From contig NW_026515676.1 in the NCBI RefSeq assembly GCF_025526975.1, forward strand, positions 558,001 through 622,000: a DNA stretch of 64,000 nucleotides, in the 5' to 3' direction. Below the pieces are notes generated by a model. That model was not told where the DNA came from and ran no database searches. It saw only the letters and a list, made by a program, of their open reading frames with translations. How positions within the stretch are numbered: the first letter of the stretch is position 1; each line of letters starts with the position of its first letter. Below, piece after piece: positions 36,401 through 49,100 of the stretch. Origin of the DNA: Fimicolochytrium jonesii. Taxonomy: Eukaryota. The position numbers and the translations under genes are program-made.

Positions 36401-39386
36401 TGAGAGCACCTCTCGGACGTGGTTGGGGTGGTCTTCTGGGTTTTTTGAGAAGATCAGAATGTCGTCAAGGTAGACCACAACAAAAACGTCGAGAATGTCA
36501 CGGAATATGTCGTTCATGAGGTGTTGGAATACTCCAGGGGCATTGGTGAGCCCAAACGGCATGACATTATACTCGAATAGGCCGTAGCGACATCGGAACG
36601 CTGTCTTCCATTCATCCCCTGGCCGGATCCGAAGAAGGCTGTAGGCTCCCCGGAGGTCAATCTTGGTGAGCCGGCGTGCCCCTCGAAGACGATCCATGAT
36701 GCTGTTAATCAAGGGCAAGGGATAGCGATTCTTGATGGTGATATTGTTGAGTCCACGATAGTCGACGCACAGACGGAGGGAACCGTCCTTTTTCTTGACA
36801 AAGAGGACTGGGGCACCGGCAGGAGACTTGGAGTGCTTGATGAACCCCTTAGCTAGGTTCTCTTCAAGGTAGTCACAGAGTGCCTGCATTTCAAGCTCGC
36901 TGAGACTATAGATCGGGCCAAACGGTGGCTGTTTGCCCTCTTCTAAGTCGATGGGACAGTCGTAGGGTCGGTGCTCTGGGAGGGTATCCGTGTTCTTCTT
37001 GGCGAAGACGTCCGCAAAATCTTGGTATTCTTCAGGAATGATGGCCTTCGGATCTTTTGGAGGAGTGGTCGCCAGGGCTTGGGAATCTGACTTGGTCGGA
37101 TTGGCGTAGGCAATGAATGCCTGGTCATGCCTTGCCGCCACACGGAAAGCTGGGGCGCGATAAACGATACGTGGATTGGTGTGGGTGCTGGGTCCAGTGT
37201 GTTGGGTGTCTGGGCTAGGGAGACTGAAATCTCGTCTTGATGGATACGGATCAGAGGTTCAGGGGTTTTGAGGGCTTCGGGCTAGGTTCTGTTGGCAGGG
37301 CATCCCAGGAGGCGTATTGTCCAAAACCGCAATGGCAGCGGACGCAAAGAGTGCAAGTCTTCCAGTGTAGCTCCACATCATGGAGCTCAAACCAGGGAAG
37401 CCCCAGGATGATTGGCGCATGCGGGGAACATGTCACATGGAATACCACCTCCTGAAAATGGTCGTTGACCCACATGCCCAAAGGTTGGGTGTGATGGGTA
37501 ATGGAGCCCGCATGGCTGGGACGTCCGTCAACCAGTTCAAGCGCAATGGGGTCCTCCTTCTCGACAAGTGGGATGCGGTGCTTGCGGGCATAACTTTCGT
37601 CGATGAAGCACGACATCGCACCGGTGTCGAGTAGTGCTGAAAGCTGAACTGGAGCTCGCTGGGCCGATATCTGCAGGGTAACAGGGTACTCGAATGGTGA
37701 GGATGGGCCCAAAGTCCGCATGGGTGAGGGTATCTCAGATAGGAGATTGACATTGTTGGTGGTCAGGAGAAGGGTGTTGCTGGAGATGCCAGGATCGGAG
37801 CAAGGTTTTGTGGCTTCTCCCTTGGCAGTACTTGCGTGGTGAGAAGGCCCAGGACAGGTGTTGCCCAGCTGCTCGGCCTTTACTGCAGCTGGACTTGGGC
37901 AAAATCCTGGATGGGTGCAGGTTCTTAACCGCGACATTCGCCGTGCGTATCTTGTTCGGGCAGAGTTCGGCTATGTGGCCGGGTTTACCACAGTCGAGGC
38001 AAAGTTTGTTTGTGATGTGGTGTTGGCGCTCTAGCGGTGTGAGGGGTCCTCGCGGACGAGCAGCGTCAATGATCATAGGGTCGTCTGGGCGGTTGTCGGG
38101 GCTCATGAGGGTGGGGCTAGTGGTAACTGGCACATATGGCTGTCGGTTCCTGCTTCGCTCTAGACGGCGCTCAAACAATCGGTTGTCACATTGGATGGCC
38201 TGTTCCATCACGGTGTCGATTGAGGCGGTAGGGGGCATCGTGAGCATTAAGTCCTTGACGTCTTCTTTGAGGCCGCGATGGAAGGTGGCAATCAATGCCT
38301 GGTCATTCCACGACACATCGCATTGCAGCTGTCGGAATTCAGCTACATACTCTGTTGCTGCACGGGTTTGTCGAAGGTTCTGGAGCTTGTTTTCGGATGT
38401 GCGGATCCTGTCGCTGTCTCCAAAGACTGCTTGCATTTGCTGGATGAAATCATCCAGGTTTGTAAGGGAATGATGGTCTTGTTCGACAAGGGGCGCCAGC
38501 CAGGCCTGGGCGGTGCCAGTGAGGTAGGTGCCAATAGTTCGTATCTTGGTCTGATCATTGGGGTAGCGCCTGGGTTGGAGGGCGAACATGAGCCGGATCT
38601 GGTTGAGGAACCCACGGAACTTGATTCGGGTGCCATCAAATTTGTCTGGGAGACTGATTTTGGGTTCGGGGGCGTGGGTGGCAGGGGCAGTGGTCTGGGT
38701 TTGCGCTAGTTCGGCTTGTAGGGTGGTATTCTGTGCTCGAAGTTCGTCAATCGCATTGCACATGGCTTGCCAGGCTTCGGCCGTGAGGGGAAGGGCGTCG
38801 GACATGGTGACTTGGCGTGGAGGTACAGCGGCTGGGGGTTGTTGAGCAGATCAAACTGTTATGAATGGGCGGAGCCGATGGAAATAGAGGCGACTTGTGG
38901 TGCAGGTTGTTGACAGGTAATGGTATTCAGACCGAAACAAGAACTAGAACAAGACTAGGAAGAACTGGTGTTGATCTGCTGGGGGATCAGGAAGTGGGGA
39001 GCTCAGGGGAGGCGGCTATTTATGTTTTTCTGGGAAGGCTGGGGAAGCGTGGGGATGCAGAAGGGTACGGAATGAGAGGGAAGCCAAGAGAAGCGCCAAG
39101 GGTGGGGAAGCATAGAAACAGAAGACTGGGGATGGGGTGGCTACGCTGAGGCTGTGGGCGGGTACGTGGGGAAGTATGGAGAAGGGTTTGTAAGCGCCGA
39201 GTGTTGGGAGGTGTGGCTACGTGCGGCTGCGTGCAGAAATGAAGGCAGTGGCAGGTGTGGGGTAGCGCGGCTGCGTGCGGCTGCGAGGTTTGGCAGATGT
39301 CAGGTTTTGACAGGGAATTGACATTGACTGACTGTTGGGATGCTGTCATGAGGTAAGCGCATGGTATGGACGCGTCGTCCATAACA
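33499..39386 (-). mobile_element. Ty3/gypsy chromovirus family B, near full length, with discordant LTRs (33499-34040 and 38857-39386)
   Basis: gag from 38805 (PDKFDG, YLTGTAQAW, CLDCGKPGHIAELC), protease LDTGA, long RT-RH-IN ORF with YLDD, chromodomain EWIVEDILDSR...YLIKWQGW, PPT and PBS present. Flanks GAAGG and CATGG do not match. Confidence 0.95.
34100..37937 (-). pseudogene. pol: pol of element B (PR-RT-RNase H-IN-chromodomain) with a few single-base frameshifts
   Basis: ORFs 37251-37937 (protease) and 33674-37141 (RT to integrase, uninterrupted). Frameshifts near 37260, 37160 and 34230; left boundary approximate. Confidence 0.9.
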
Positions 39387-40115
39387 CATGGGGTGCCAGC
39401 GACACAGAAGTCATATATGGCACGTTTGCCTGGATAGGGCTAGTCGAATACTGGGGGCGAGTGCTGTTCACAGGCGACTGAGCGAGCGGGTTCACGGAGG
39501 GGACGGTAGGTCCGCCTTGTTGTGGCGCTCGGCCCGAATTCAAGAACAAGGTAACCAATCCAGTCAGAGTGATTGTTTGATCCTTCATTTGAAGCATCTC
39601 CTCTTCCTGCTTAACAGGCATTGGTTCTTCCTGAATGGAATCCATCAGGAAGGGGTCGGTTCCGGTATGTCCGCGTGATTCAGGCGCATCCACATATGGC
39701 ATGGTTGCGTCTTTCCATTCTGCAATAGTAGCAGAAAGATCCTCCTTCCTCTTTTTCTCATCCACAAATTCCCCAGGCATTTTGTAAGGCGGGGTAGGTG
39801 TTGGTTCACTGCGTAAGTCGGCATGACGGGCTACGCCTTCATTAAGCGGAGTACGTGAGTCAATGCCAGTGCGCTGATTAATAGATTCAGAACTCTTAAC
39901 AGCAGGTTGAACTTTCTTTCCTCCTCCTCTAGTAGCCGCAGGTAGGGGTCCCAGGAGAGCTCCTCCTTGGGACCGTGTGTGGTGAGTGGAGGGCTTGCCG
40001 GCTGCCACAGCAGCTGCGTAGCCCTTCTGAGGTTGGGTTGTTGAATCCTTAGGTGGCATGGTGCTTTCTAAGAGAGCGGTGACTGGAGACCGTGAGTTCT
40101 TTATCCTGGAACGTC
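39387..40115 (-). mobile_element. Fragment of the leader and gag N-terminus also found in the copia element
   Basis: Reverse complement of about 55507-56236 (MPPKDSTTQPQKGYAAAV...SLAPH). Cut on the left by the B LTR and joined on the right to family-D RT sequence at a 2-nt microhomology (40114-40115). Confidence 0.9.
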
Positions 40116-40296
40116 GAAGATTGAATACTTGATAGGGGCAGAGCAATGTCCGAAGAACCTTGTACGAAGTTGAGGAAGTAATTCGTGAACCCGAGAAAGC
40201 TTTGAACTCCTTTTGTTGACTTTGGAGTAGCCCAATCCTTGATAGCTTGGATTTTCGAGGGCGCGATGCGAACACCATGTCTTCCGAAAATATGTT
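40114..40296 (-). repeat. Duplicate of family-D RT fragment 28463-28645, including the D/A junction
   Basis: Near-identical to 28463-28645 and followed by the same A LTR junction (aatatgtt|tgttatgatc). Confidence 0.92.
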
Positions 40297-43200
40297 TGTT
40301 ATGATCTCGACGACTGAGGCGGAAGCGAAGTAGAGAAGACAAGGCGCGAGTGATAGGCGACAAGAGATTGTATTGGCGAAACAAGAGACAAGGACTAGAA
40401 CAAGAGATGAGAAGAACTGGTGTTGATCTGCTGGGGAGGAAGGGAATGCACGAAGAGAGGCCGGCTATCTATAGGTAGGCAACCCAGCAGGCCAGAGAAC
40501 AACAACAACAAGAGGGGACTGGGGGGGGGCGCCAGCTATGCCCCTAGAGCGTGCGTGACAAGCGTAGAGAGCATTGCTACAGCTGCTGGCTTATGGTGAA
40601 GTAGTGGGGGATGTGGAGAAGCTGAGGGGGGATTGGCGAAATGAGAGGAGAGAGGAGGAGCGGCGATATTGCGGGAGGATAGGCAAAATGAGAGGAGAGA
40701 GGGAGAGTGGTGTTGACATTGACATTGACACTGACTTTGACACTGACATTGACATTGACATTGGCGTTTGACATTTGGCGGTTGACATTGGCGGCTGTCA
40801 GTAGGTAAGCTTATGGTATGGGCGCGTCGTCCATAACATCACCCCTCTCTTTAGCGGCAGCGGCGGCGGCGTCGAGTTTGGTGTGGCCGCAGAGGAGGTG
40901 CTACGGGGACAGAGGAAGGCTTGTTGGGGTACGCGCTGTGGAAGTCCTGGAGGAGTGCGTCGGTATGGGTGAGGTGTTCCACAGGGCTCCCAGGTGTTCT
41001 CAGAGTCAGGCCAGCCCTGCCATTTGACCAAGTACTGAAGGCGACGACGATGGATGCGAGAGTCAAGGATGGCTTTGACAACCCACTATTCTTGACCCTC
41101 AACGGTCTCTGGGGGCGCGGGTTCGGGTTCGTGTCATTCGGGGATGGTGAAGCGGGGTTCGAGGAGCGAGACAGGGAAGACATCGTGGATTTTGTACGTA
41201 GGCGGGAGCTTGAGCCGGTAGGCGACGGGATTGATTTTTTCAACGATGGGGAATAGCCCAATCTTGCCATGGTCGAGTTTCTGAGAGGGTCGGGTTGTCT
41301 GGAGGTTTTTGCGGAGGAGCCAGACGTGGTCGCCAGGCTCGAAGTCCGGTCCAGGAATTCGTTTGGCATCGGCGAAGCGCTTCATTTGATCTTCGGCTTC
41401 CTTGAGCTCGAGGGCGAGCTGTTCATGGACTTCCCTAATTTGTTTAGCGCGGGCTTCAGCGGCGGGGTTGACGGATTCGGAGGTAGCAGAGGCCGCGAAA
41501 CTGAAGCGGGGGTGGAGACCCTTGTTGGCGTAGAAGGGGGTGGTCTGGGAGGCGGACTGATGGGTGTTGTCGTAGGCGAACTCGGCGGACGACAGAAGCT
41601 GTTTCCAGTTGTCCTGTTGGTGGTTGCAAAAGCGTCGGGGATACTGCTCCAGGATCTGGTTGGTGCGTTCCGTCTGGCCGTCGCTCTGGGGGTGAAAGAC
41701 CGAGGACAGGTTGGCTTTCGCCCCAAGGAGTTCGTGAAGTCGACGCCAGAAACGGGACTTGAACTGGGGTCCTTGGTCAGAGATGATGTTGTCGGGGAGG
41801 CCGTGGAGACGGATGATGTTGTGGAAGACTAGGTCGGCGGTGGATTCGGCGGATTCTGACTCGCTGCAGGCGATGAAGTGGGCCATCTTGGTGAGGCGAC
41901 AGTTGACGTTCAGGATGGAGTCGTACCCGTCCACGGGAGGCAGACCGGTGATAAAGTCCAGGGACCAAGATCCCCAAGGGCGGGTAGGGATACTGTTGGG
42001 CTGGAGTAGGCCGTATGGTTTGTGTCGACTGGATTTCGCTTGGCTACAGGTATCGCAGGACTTGACGTAGGCCTTGACGAAGCGTCCACTGGCTGGGCCA
42101 CCAGTAGTTGCGGGAGGCGAGTTCGAGCGTCTTGGACATCCCAAAGTGGCCGGCTAGGGGAGTATCAGTGCATGTCGTGGCAGACTTCAGCTCGGAGCTC
42201 GTTGGTGGGGACATAGACCAGGTTATTGTGCAGCAGGATCCCATCTTCATCTGAGAACCGCTTGATACGATCTTGGGTTTCCTCAGTTCGTTGGGCGAGG
42301 GGTATCTTGAGCTTTTCGCGAATGGTCTTAGCGAGGGGAATCATAGGCCTGGGCGGCCTTAATCTTGTCAAGCAGCGTGGTATCCATGGGTGTGAGGTAG
42401 GCAGCCGCGAGTCGAAGGCAGTTCGGGAGTCAAAATTGTGGTTGCCTGGGAGCGGAACGCTTCTTCCCCCTCTTTTAGCTCATGTTCGGAGCGTCGGGAG
42501 AGGGCATCGGCTTGGTGCTGCTGGGAACCGGGGCAATAGGTAATGACAAAGTCAAAATCCGAGAAGAATATCGACCAGCGGGCTTGGCGGCGGTTCAGGG
42601 TGCGGGTGGTCATGAAGTACTGAAGGTTTTTGTGGTCGGAGTAAACGGTGATCTTGTGACGGGCGCCAATGAGATGGTGGCGCCACTGGGCAAAGGAGTC
42701 TTGGATGGCCAGAAGTTCCTTGTAGTAGATCTCGTAGTTGATCTCTTCGGCCATGAATTTGCGAGAGGGGAAGGCCACGGGGTGGAGCTGATTGTCCTGG
42801 TCAGGTTGGAGGAGAACTGCGCCAAGAGCGAAGTCGGAGGCGTCAGTTTCGACGACGAAGGGCTTCTCTGGGTCAGGGTGAGCAAGGATGGGGGCGGTGG
42901 TGAATGCTCTCTTCAGGTTCTCGAAGGCGGTGTTTGCGGCGGGTGTCCAGGTGTATGGGATGTCTCTCCGGGTCAGGGCGCTGTGAGCGGGGTAGCGATC
43001 TTGGAATAACCTTGGATGAAGCGGCGATAGAAGTTGGCAAAGCCGAGGAACCGCTGGACGCCTTTGACATTCTTGGGAGGTTCCCAATCCGTGATGGCAG
43101 CGATCTTCTTGGGGTCCATCTGGATGCCTTTCTTGGAGATGATGAAGCCTAGGAACTCAATGGATTCGCGGTTGAATTCGCACTTCTCTGGTTTGGCGTA

Positions 43201-46188
43201 CAACCCATGCTGTCGGAGGCGGGACAAGACTTCGTGGACATGTTGGGGGTGATCTTTGGGGTTCTTGGAGAATATCAGGATATCGTCGAGGTAGACGACA
43301 ACAAACACATTGAGAATGTCGCGGAAGATGTCATTCATCAGGTACTGGAAGACGCCAGGAGCATTGCTGAGTCCAAGAGGCATGACATTGTATTTGAATA
43401 GGCCGTAGCGGCAGCGGAAGGCGGTCTTCCATTCATCGCCCAGGCGAATGCGTAAGAGGTTATAAGCGCCGCGGAGGTCGATCTTGGTGAGACGGCGGGC
43501 GCCGCGCAAACATTCCATGATACCGTTGATCAGGGGCAGGGGGTAGCGATTCTTCACCGTGATGCTGTTCAGGCCTCGATAATCGACGCAGAGGCGGAGA
43601 GAACCGTCCTTTTTCTTCACGAATAAGACTGGCGCACCGGCAGGGGACTTTGAGGGTTTGATGAATCCTTTGGCGAGGTTTTCTTCGAGGTATTCGCAGA
43701 GTGCCTTCATTTCTGGTTCGCTGAGGCTGTAGATCGGGCCGAAAGGTGGCTGCTTGCCTTCTTCCAGATCGATTGGACAGTCGTAGGGGCGGTGCTCGGG
43801 GAGAGTGTCAGCATTTCTCTTTTCGAAAACGCCGGCGAAGTCTCGATACTCGGGGGGCAGGAAGTCTTTGATGTCTTTCTCGGGTGTTGTGGGGTTACTG
43901 GGGCTAGGCGAGGCCGGGAGATCGGGTTTCGCAGGGTTGGCGTAGGCGACAAAGACCTGGCCATGCCTTGCTGCCACCCGGAAGGCTGGGGCGGAGATGA
44001 ACGAGACTCGGAGCGGCATGGGAGCCGGTTCTGGGGTGCTGGAGCAAGATACCTTGGGTACTGGAATCGACCATGTTTCGTCGGCGGGGACTTCATCCTG
44101 GGGGATGCGGATCAAGGGCTCAGGGGTTCTGGCGGGTGCTGGGCTCGGGGGTGCTGGAGAGTTGTCCCAATTCGCGAATTCATGGTACAGACAGTCGCAA
44201 CGGAAACCGACCGAAAGGTTCTTGAAGTCAAGGTTAATGTCGTGGAGGCGGAGCCAGGGGAGACCAAGGAGGATTGGAGCATGGGGTGATTTGGTGACAT
44301 GGAAGACGAGTTCTTCGAAGTGGTCGTCGACCCACATGCCTACTGGTTGGGTGTGATGGGTGATTGGCCCAGCAGAGCTGGGTTGACCGTCAACGAGTTC
44401 GATTGTCAGTGGACGCTGATGCGGGACTAGGGCGATGCGGTGTTTGCGGGCAAAGTCTCTGTCGATGAAGCAGGACAGGGTGCCATTGTCGATCATGGCT
44501 GAGGTAGGTATCGGGGCGCGGCTGGATGATACCTTGATGGTAACGGGGTAGTTGAAGGGTTTGACGGGACCCAGGGCAAGCAGGGTGCGTGGGTTAATTT
44601 CGGAGTTTTCGACATGGGCGGCGGCTAGGAGGGTTGTGTTGGCTATAACGGAGTCGGGAACCAGGGGGGTGCCCTCTCCCGTTGCAGGAGCTGCGAGGTT
44701 AGGAGGCCCGGGGCGGTGTGTGTTGTCCAGTCGCTGGGGCTTTACTGCGGCTGGACTTTGGGAAAACCCTGTTCGGTGGAGGGTTCTTTGATGTCGACGT
44801 TGGCGGCACGGGTGGTGGTCTTGTTCTTGACGGGGCGGACTTCTGCAATGTGCCCCGCGCCACCGCAGTAAAGGCAGAGGTTGTTGGAAATGCGGCGTTG
44901 GCATTCCTGAGGGCTCAGAGGGCCGCAAGGACGAGCGGCGTCAATCTGCATAGGGTCGCTGTGGTCGACAGTGGTGGTAGTAGTAAACGAGGTATGGGGA
45001 ACCGGGAAGGTCTGGCGGCTTCTGTTTCGCTCCAGGCGGCGCTCAAACAGCCGGTTATCGCACTGGATAGCCTGCTCCATCACCACATCAATGGTGGCCG
45101 CAGGGGGCATCGTGAGCATCAGGTCTTTGAGGGTCTTCTTTGAGGCCATGGCGGAAGGTAGCAATCAGGGCCTGGTCGTTCCAGGAGACATCGCATTGTA
45201 GCTGGCGGAACTCAGCGACGTACTCGGTTGCTGCACGGGTTTGGCAAAGGTTCTGGAGCTTGTTTTCAGAGGTGCGGACCCTGTCGCTGTCTCCGAAGAC
45301 CGATTGCATCTGACTGATAAAACTATCGAAGCCCTGAAGGCTGTGATCTTGCCGTTCGACTAGGGGCGCCATCCAGGCTTGGGCAGTGCCGGTGAGGTAG
45401 GTGCCAATAGTTTGGATCTTGATGATGTCGCTGGGGTAGCGGTCGGGCTGGAGAGCAAACATCAACCGGATGTTGTTCAACCACCCACGGAATTTGCTGC
45501 GGGTACCATCAAACTTCTCGGGCGAAAGCCATATTGTTCCATTGCTTGGCGGTGAAAGGTACGGATTCGGGTTGGGACATGGCGAAAAAGGTTTGTCGGA
45601 TGCAGGGCTGGACGGGTTCTGAACTTCGCAGTGTTGGAGCAGATCAAACTGTTATGATCTCGACGACGGAGGCGGAAGCGAAGTAGAGAAGACAGGGCGA
45701 GAGTGATAGGTGACAAGAGATTGTATTGGCGAAACAAGAAACAAGGACTAGAACAGGAGATGAGAAGAACTGGTGTTGATCTGCTGGGGAGGAAGGGAAT
45801 GGACGAAGAGAAGCCGGCTATTTATAGATAGGCAACCCAGCAGATCAGAGAACAACAACAACAAGAGGGGACTGGGGGGGCGCCAGCTATGCTCCTAGAG
45901 CGTGCGTGGCGAGCGTAGAGAGCATTGCTACAGCTGCTGGCTATGGGGAAGTAGTGGGGGTTGTGGAGAAGCCGAGGGGGGATTGGCAAAATGAGAGGAG
46001 AGAGGAGGAGTGGCGATATTGCAGGAGGATTGGCGAAATGAGAGGAGAGAGGGGGAGTGGCATTGACATTGACATTGACACTGACATTGACACTGACATT
46101 GACATTGACATTGGCGTTTGACATTTGGCGGTTGACATTGGCGGCTGTCAGTAGGTAAGCTTATGGTATGGGCGCGTCGTCCATAACA
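40297..46188 (-). mobile_element. Family A copy A2 (LTRs 40297-40838 and 45650-46188); degenerate, mosaic, about 165-bp gag deletion at about 45524
   Basis: gag-pol remnants (ORFs 42973-44928, 42368-43087, 41134-42144) and PBS at 45638-45649. Its 5' LTR is shared with A3. Confidence 0.95.
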
Positions 46189-49100
46189 TCACCCCTCTCT
46201 TTAGCGGCGGCGGCGGCGGCGTCGAGTTTGGTGTGGCCGCAGAGGAGGTGCTACGGGGACAGAGGAAGGCTTGTTGGGTACGCGCTGTGGAAGTCCTGGA
46301 GGAGTGCGTCGGTATGGGTGAGGTGTTCCACGGGCTCCCAGGTGTTCTCGGAGTCAGGCCAGCCCTGCCATTTGACCAAGTACTGAAGGCGACGACGATG
46401 GATGCGAGAGTCAAGGATGGCTTTGACAACCCACTCTTCTTGACCCTCAACGGTCTCTGGGGGCGCGGGTTCGGGTTCGTGTCGTTCGGGGATGGTGAAG
46501 AGGGGTTCGAGGAGCGAGACATGGAAGACATCGTGGATTTTGTACGTAGGCGGGAGCTTGAGCCGGTAGGCGACGGGATTGATTTTTTCAACGATGGGGA
46601 ATGGCCCAATCTTGCGATGGTCGAGTTTCTGAGAGGGTCGGGTTGTCTGGAGGTTTTTGCGGAGGAGTCAGACGTGGTCGCCAGGCTTGAAGTCCGGTCC
46701 AGGAATTCGTTTGGCGTCGGCGTAGCGCTTCATTTGATCTTGGGCTTCCTTGAGCTCGAGGGCGAGCTGTTTATGGACTTCCCTGATTTGTTTAGCGCGG
46801 GCTTCAGCGGCGGGGTTGACGGATTCGGAGGTAGCAGAGGCCGCGAAACTGAAGCGGGGGTGGAGACCCTTGTTGGCGTAGAAGGGGGTGGTCTGGGAGG
46901 CGGACTGATGGGTGTTGTTGTAGGCGAACTCGGCGGACGACCGAAGCTGTTTCCAGTTGTCCTGTTGGTGGTTGCAAAAGCATCGGAGATACTGCTCCAG
47001 GATCTGGTTGGTGCGTTCCGTCTGGCCATTGCTCTGGGGGTGGAAGGCCGAGGAGAGGTTGGCTTTCGCCCCAAGGAGTTCGAGAAGTCGACGCCAGAAC
47101 CGGGACTTAAACTGGGGTCCTCGGTCAGAGATGACGTCGTCGGGGAGGCCGTGGAGACGGATGATGTTGTGGAAGACTAGGTCGGCAGTGGATTCGGCGG
47201 ATTCTGACTCGCTGCAGGCGATGAAGTGGGCCATCTTGGTGAGGCGACAGTTGACGTTCAGGATGGAGTCGTACCCGTCCACGGGAGGCAGACCGGTGAT
47301 AAAGTCCAGGGACCAAGATCCCCAAGGGCGGGTAGGGATACTGTTGGGCTGGAGTAGGCCGTATGGTTTGTGTCGACTGGATTTCGCTTGGCTACAGGTA
47401 TCGCAGGACTTGACGTAGGCCTTGACGAAGCGTCACTGGCTGGGCCACCAGTAGTTGCGGGAGGCGAGTTCGAGCGTCTTGGACATCCCAAAGTGGCCGG
47501 CTAGGGGAGTATCGTGCATGTCGTGGCAGACTTCAGCTCGGAGCTCGTTGGTGGGGACATAGACCAGGTTATCGTGCAGCAGGATCCCATCTTCATCTGA
47601 GAACCGCTTGATACGATCTTGGGTTTCCTCAGTTCGTTGGGCGAGGGGTATCTTGAGCTTTTCGCGAATGGTCTTAGCGAGGGGATCAGAGGCCTGGGCG
47701 GCCTTAATCTTGTCAAGCAGCGTGGTATCCATGGGTGTGAGGTAGGCAGCCGCGAGTCGAAGGCGTTCGGGAGTCAAAATTGTGGTTGCCTGGGAGCGGA
47801 ACGCTTCTTCCCCCTCTTTTAGCTCATGTTCGGAGCGTCGGGAGAGGGCATCGGCTTGGTGCTGCTGGGGAACCGGGGCGATAGGTAATGACAAAGTCAA
47901 AATCCGAGAAGAATATCGACCAGCGGGCTTGGCGGCGGTTCAGGGTGCGGGTGGTCATGAAGTACTGAAGGTTTTTGTGGTCGGAGTAAACGGTGATCTT
48001 GTGACGGGCGCCAATGAGATGGTGGCGCCACTGGGCAAAGGAGTCTTGGATGGCCAGAAGTTCCTTGTAGTAGATCTCGTAGTTGATCTCTTCGGCCATG
48101 AATTTGCGAGAGGGGAAGGCCACGGGGTGGAGCTGATTGTCCTGGTCAGGTTGGAGGAGAACTGCGCCAAGAGCGAAGTCGGAGGCGTCAGTTTCGACGA
48201 CGAAGGGCTTCTCTGGGTCAGGGTGAGCAAGGATGGGGGCGGTGGTGAATGCTCTCTTCAGGTTCTCGAAGGCGGTGTTTGCGGCGGGTGTCCAGGTGTA
48301 TGGGATGTCTCTCCGGGTCAGGGCTGTGAGCGGGGTAGCGATCTTGGAATAACCTTGGATGAAGCGGCGATAGAAGTTGGCAAAGCCGAGGAACCGCTGG
48401 ACGCCTTTGACATTCTTGGGAGGTTCCCAATCCGTGATGGCAGCGATCTTCTTGGGGTCCATCTGGATGCCTTTCTTGGAGATGATGAAGCCTAGGAACT
48501 CAATGGATTCGCGGTTGAATTCGCACTTCTCTGGTTTGGCGTACAACCCATGCTGTCGGAGGCGGGACAAGACTTCGCGGACATGTTTGGGGTGATCTTT
48601 GGGGTTCTTGGAGAATATCAGGATATCGTCGAGGTAGACGACAACAAACACATCGAGAATGTCGCGGAAGATGTCGTTCACCAGGTACTGACTGGAAGAC
48701 GCCAGGAGCATTGCTGAGTCCAAGAGGCATGACATTGTATTCGAATAGGCCGTAGCGGCAGCGGAAGGCGGTCTTCCATTCATCGCCCAGGCGCATGCGT
48801 AAGAGGTTATAAGCGCCGCGGAGGTCGATCTTGGTGAGACGGCGGGCGCCGCGCAAACATTCCATGATACCGTTGATCAGGGGCAGGGGGGTAGCGATTC
48901 TTCACCGTGATGCTGTTCAGGCCTCGATAATCGACGCAGAGGCGGAGAGAACCGTCCTTTTTCTTCACGAATAAGACTGGCGCACCGGCAGGGGACTTTG
49001 AGGGTTTGATGAATCCTTTGGCGAGGTTTTCTTCGAGGTATTCGCAGAGTGCCTTCATTTCTGGTTTGCTGAGGCTGTAGATCGGGCCAAAAGGTGGCTG

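Noticed and set aside
33674..37141. Element B as a fully active autonomous retrotransposon with a 1155-aa Pol
   Set aside because: The ORF lacks the protease, frameshifts inside the chromodomain and reads on into the LTR; LTRs and flanks are discordant. Some indels could be sequencing errors.
46233..47180. Long plus-strand ORFs antisense to family A integrase (also 61180-62193, 29618-30181, 41269-41832)
   Set aside because: Shadow ORFs expected from GC-rich codon usage of pol; start and stop positions differ among copies and no domain is recognisable.
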